The translations under genes and the position numbers were made by a program. From Cyanobacteria bacterium P01_D01_bin.156 (GTDB lineage: Bacteria > Cyanobacteriota > Cyanobacteriia > Phormidesmidales > Phormidesmidaceae), in the NCBI GenBank assembly GCA_039024555.1, contig JBCCQQ010000001.1:128001-192000 (forward strand): a stretch of DNA of 64,000 nucleotides, given 5' to 3'. This document shows, one piece after another, positions 61,085 to 64,000 of the stretch. The notes under the pieces were generated by a model. The model ran no database searches. It saw only the letters and a program-made list of their open reading frames with translations, and was not told where the DNA came from. How positions within the stretch are numbered: the stretch's first letter is position 1; each line of letters opens with the position of its first letter.

Positions 61085-61393
61085 ATGCCCATTATTAAGT
61101 TTGTTAAAGAAGATCTTGAGATCACAGCGGCAGATGGTGCAAACCTGCGGCAGAAAGCGATCGACAACAATGTAGACATCTATACCTTCACGGGTAAGAT
61201 GATGAACTGCGGTGGTTATGGTCAATGTGCTCTATGTGTGGTTGAGATAGAAGAGGGATTAGATAACCTCTCCCCACGCACCGCAGTTGAGGAGAAACGG
61301 CTAAAAAAACGACCTGCCAATTGCCGCTTAGCCTGCCAAACATTAGTAAATGGACCTATTAGGGTAGTAACAAAACCCAAGAAGAAACGATAG
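61085..61393 (+). CDS. 2Fe-2S ferredoxin-like protein
   Basis: [11 protein letters not shown]...RLACQ; lies between psbB and psbM. Confidence 0.92.
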   Translation: MPIIKFVKEDLEITAADGANLRQKAIDNNVDIYTFTGKMMNCGGYGQCALCVVEIEEGLDNLSPRTAVEEKRLKKRPANCRLACQTLVNGPIRVVTKPKKKR

Positions 61394-61537
61394 TAAAGAG
61401 CATTGTTTCCTCAATGATAGGTCGTTGTAATGTATTCTCCTTTACATCAGATCTACGTTAAGCGGTTCATTGATTTAGGTCAGAGTGATATGCTTAGCCT
61501 TGTGGCTTGTTGTTGAGAGAAGTAGTAGTTAAGGTCT

Positions 61538-61633
61538 ATGGAAGTTAATAACCTGGGGTTTGTAGCCAGCATTCTTTTTGTATTTGTTCCAACCGTCTTC
61601 CTGCTTATTCTTTACATTCAAACGAAAGAATAG
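61538..61633 (+). CDS. psbM: Photosystem II protein M (not in the ORF track)
   Basis: Hand translation [31 protein letters not shown]. Confidence 0.97.
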   Translation: MEVNNLGFVASILFVFVPTVFLLILYIQTKE

Positions 61634-61745
61634 TGTTTATTGATGTCTCAATGCTCTGAGTTTTTCGGCTTGGTAACTGTCTTGTCTTAAAACTCAATTA
61701 GGTATTGGCCGCTGGGGTTAGGTTAGTTAGCTTGATATACGTTTT

Positions 61746-61801
61746 ACAAAAAGGGTACGAATTACTAAGCTCAAAAGTTTAGCAATTTGTACCTTTTTTG
61801 T
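61746..61801. terminator. Long hairpin with A/T tails between convergent psbM and the TSUP gene (bidirectional terminator)
   Basis: acaaaaagggtacgaattactaag ... tttagcaatttgtaccttttttgt. Confidence 0.7.
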
Positions 61802-61974
61802 ATTGTCATCGACGTTTCGATATGAGCGCTACATACAGTTACACATACACCTCTCCGAGTTCTTGGGCGCCACCATGGGAGTGAACTCAACTCAAAAAAT
61901 AACAAATAGTGAGTGGCTCAGAATCACAACACCCAAAGTTTAGAATCTCTAAACACGAGAGCTAAGAGCAAAAA

Positions 61975-62766
61975 CTACGTGCTCATATTTACATAAGCGT
62001 GCCAGGCTTGCCAGAAAACATAAGTAGACAAAACACATAACAGGGCACGGAATAAAATACTCACTACCGTATCAGGCAGTTTTGGTAAAAAGCGAGTACT
62101 GAATTGAACACCGATTAGGCCACCCATGCCAAGACTCAGTCCGGCCCCGTATACGATATCTCCATTTAAACCGTTGTGAATACAAGCCACGAGGGAAGTC
62201 AGAACAATGACTCCTAGACTGGTGCGTACTGCACTCTTTAAACCAGAGTTCAATAGCAGAACTTGTAAAGGCACCATAATCACACCGCCACCCACACCAA
62301 ATAGGCCCGCCATAAAACCTGAAGCTCCGCCAGTAATCACTCTTGCCGGGATAGGGGAAATAATAGATTTCTGAACGGTATGCGGAGACACCGTACTAGC
62401 CATACTCTTTTTCAGAGTGACTAAGTAGATATTGCAAAGCAATAAAACACCAAATAAGGCTCTACGCCAATGCTCTGGCAACATACGACCAGCCTCTGTA
62501 CCAGCCACAACCAGAAGAATTGCGGGTAATGCAAGCCATAGCACATGCTTGGGCTGAAGATAGCCCATACGCCAGTTTTGTACGCTACCCGTGGTAGCCG
62601 TCACCAAAATCGCTAACAGACTAGTAGCAGCTGCTTGCCTAACATTGAGACCAAACAGTAACAGTAGAGGCACCATCAACACACCTCCCCCGATACCCAA
62701 AAGCCCGGCTAGTAGTCCAGCAACCAAGCCACCCATAGCCAATAAAGCTACATCGATTGGAGGCAT
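61975..62766 (-). CDS. TSUP / TauE-SafE family membrane transporter
   Basis: Twice-repeated motif AGLLGIGGGVLMVP / AGLFGVGGGVIMVP, each followed by TSL. Confidence 0.9.
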   Translation of the reverse strand: MPPIDVALLAMGGLVAGLLAGLLGIGGGVLMVPLLLLFGLNVRQAAATSLLAILVTATTGSVQNWRMGYLQPKHVLWLALPAILLVVAGTEAGRMLPEHWRRALFGVLLLCNIYLVTLKKSMASTVSPHTVQKSIISPIPARVITGGASGFMAGLFGVGGGVIMVPLQVLLLNSGLKSAVRTSLGVIVLTSLVACIHNGLNGDIVYGAGLSLGMGGLIGVQFSTRFLPKLPDTVVSILFRALLCVLSTYVFWQAWHAYVNMST

Positions 62767-62829
62767 AAAATCCTCGTCTAAAGCACTAATAGCTTATTAT
62801 GCCTCTAGATCTTGCAGGGGGTGTCCGAA

Positions 62830-64000
62830 TTATGACTCACTCAAAATAGGGTCTAAGTTTATGTACTGTTCAACGGTATTAGCCAGAGTGTTTAGCATGG
62901 CATCTCGCTGTTCTCGATAGTTCGCAATACCGGTAGGTAAAGAGCCTAGGCCCCGCTGCTGTCGCAAACGGTTGAGCCAAGCGCGCCGCCAAGGACCATT
63001 ATCAAAAATGCCATGTAGATAAGTGCCCCAGAGGGACTCAGTTTCATCAACAATACCCAAACTGCGGTCGTCAAAGATTGGTTGGAACTTAGGTCCAGGG
63101 TCTCCACCTTCGGGAGTCATCACGAGTTGAGTACGACCGTGGTGAATTTCATAACCATTCACCGGTAGACCTTCCTGAGGGTGCTTAGAACTGACAGACC
63201 GCTGCCGTGCCACCTTATTTTGGGTAATCACAGTGCGTAGGGGCAAGATACTGAGACCTCTAAAACGTCCCTCTTGGCCTTCTAACCCTTCAGGATCGGC
63301 CAGCATTTGTCCCATGAGCTGAAACCCACCACAAATACCAAGCACTGTGCCACCTGCTGCTGCATAATTTTGAATGGCCTCCGCCATACCCGTACGCTGC
63401 AGAATTAAGAGATCGGCAATAGCTGTTTTAGTCCCTGGCAAAATAACTGCATCGGGATGTCCTAAATCTTCCTTGGGGCTGAGGTACCGCACATTGACAG
63501 AAGGTTCCGCTTCTAAGGGATCAAAGTCAGTAAAGTTGGAAATTCTAGGAAGACGAATTACAGCAACATTTAGCTCAGCAGATTGTTTTTCGATAGGACG
63601 ATTCATTAGGGCCATTGACCCCTCAGCCATTAGATTATTATCTAGCCAAGGCACCACCCCGAGCACTGGAATGTTAGTGCGTTTTTCTAGCCAGTCGATA
63701 CCTGGTTGAAGTGCTTGGGTTTGACCGTGAAACTTGTTCAGAATAACGCCTTTAATTAGGGAACGTTCCTCAGGTTCCAGCAGCTCGAGAGTACCGATGA
63801 TATGAGCAAAGGCACCCCCTCGGTCAATATCGGTCACCAGAATAGTGGGAGCGTTTAATGCCTGGGCAATTTTCATATTGGCAAGATCGCGATTCTTAGT
63901 CGTAATCTCGGCAGGGTTACCATTACCTTCACAAATTAATAGGTCAAATTCTTGACCAAGACGGGCCAGGCTCTCTTGTACGGCTTGCCAGCCCGTTTCA
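62830..64000 (-). CDS. cobQ: Cobyric acid synthase (5' end outside the window)
   Basis: DIDRGG, LPRISNFTDFDPL, GICGGFQ and GTYLHG motifs; frame stays open to the window edge (ETGWQAV...ICEGNGNPAEI). Confidence 0.88.
   Translation of the reverse strand, partial: ETGWQAVQESLARLGQEFDLLICEGNGNPAEITTKNRDLANMKIAQALNAPTILVTDIDRGGAFAHIIGTLELLEPEERSLIKGVILNKFHGQTQALQPGIDWLEKRTNIPVLGVVPWLDNNLMAEGSMALMNRPIEKQSAELNVAVIRLPRISNFTDFDPLEAEPSVNVRYLSPKEDLGHPDAVILPGTKTAIADLLILQRTGMAEAIQNYAAAGGTVLGICGGFQLMGQMLADPEGLEGQEGRFRGLSILPLRTVITQNKVARQRSVSSKHPQEGLPVNGYEIHHGRTQLVMTPEGGDPGPKFQPIFDDRSLGIVDETESLWGTYLHGIFDNGPWRRAWLNRLRQQRGLGSLPTGIANYREQRDAMLNTLANTVEQYINLDPILSES

Overview
Mostly core chromosome of a cyanobacterium: psbB/psbT/psbM, nblB, pmgA and petR/petP are present, and I counted 27 HIP1 (GCGATCGC) sites. 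A filamentous Leptolyngbya-like lineage is my inference only. Housekeeping genes include pgm, a CPD photolyase, ptrB, murJ, sfsA, desC, hisG, putA, trpD, dnaX, rpsA, nrdR and a partial cobQ. Accessory genes include a three-gene SBP-vWA / membrane coiled-coil / SBP operon with no permease, a soluble LRR non-RD kinase, an RND pair, a GAF-PAS-GGDEF-EAL protein and an orphan ModA-like binding protein. Mobile DNA comprises one complete IS630 with a -1 frameshift, a 142-bp MITE with 18-bp TIRs and a 9-bp target duplication, and five copies of a ~90-bp GGCGTTGCTGA-ended MITE family. The best non-coding signals are a ~111-nt three-hairpin RNA with its own -10 box and terminator upstream of a cation/H+ antiporter (35413-35523, minus), a phased TTTTCCACA DnaA-box cluster with no dnaA/dnaN nearby (30349-30419), a GAC-N5-GTC palindrome plus an orphan plus-strand terminator beside petR, and an NtcA box before a DUF4278 gene. 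I saw no CRISPR array, tRNA or rRNA. All calls are by eye; no database searches were run.
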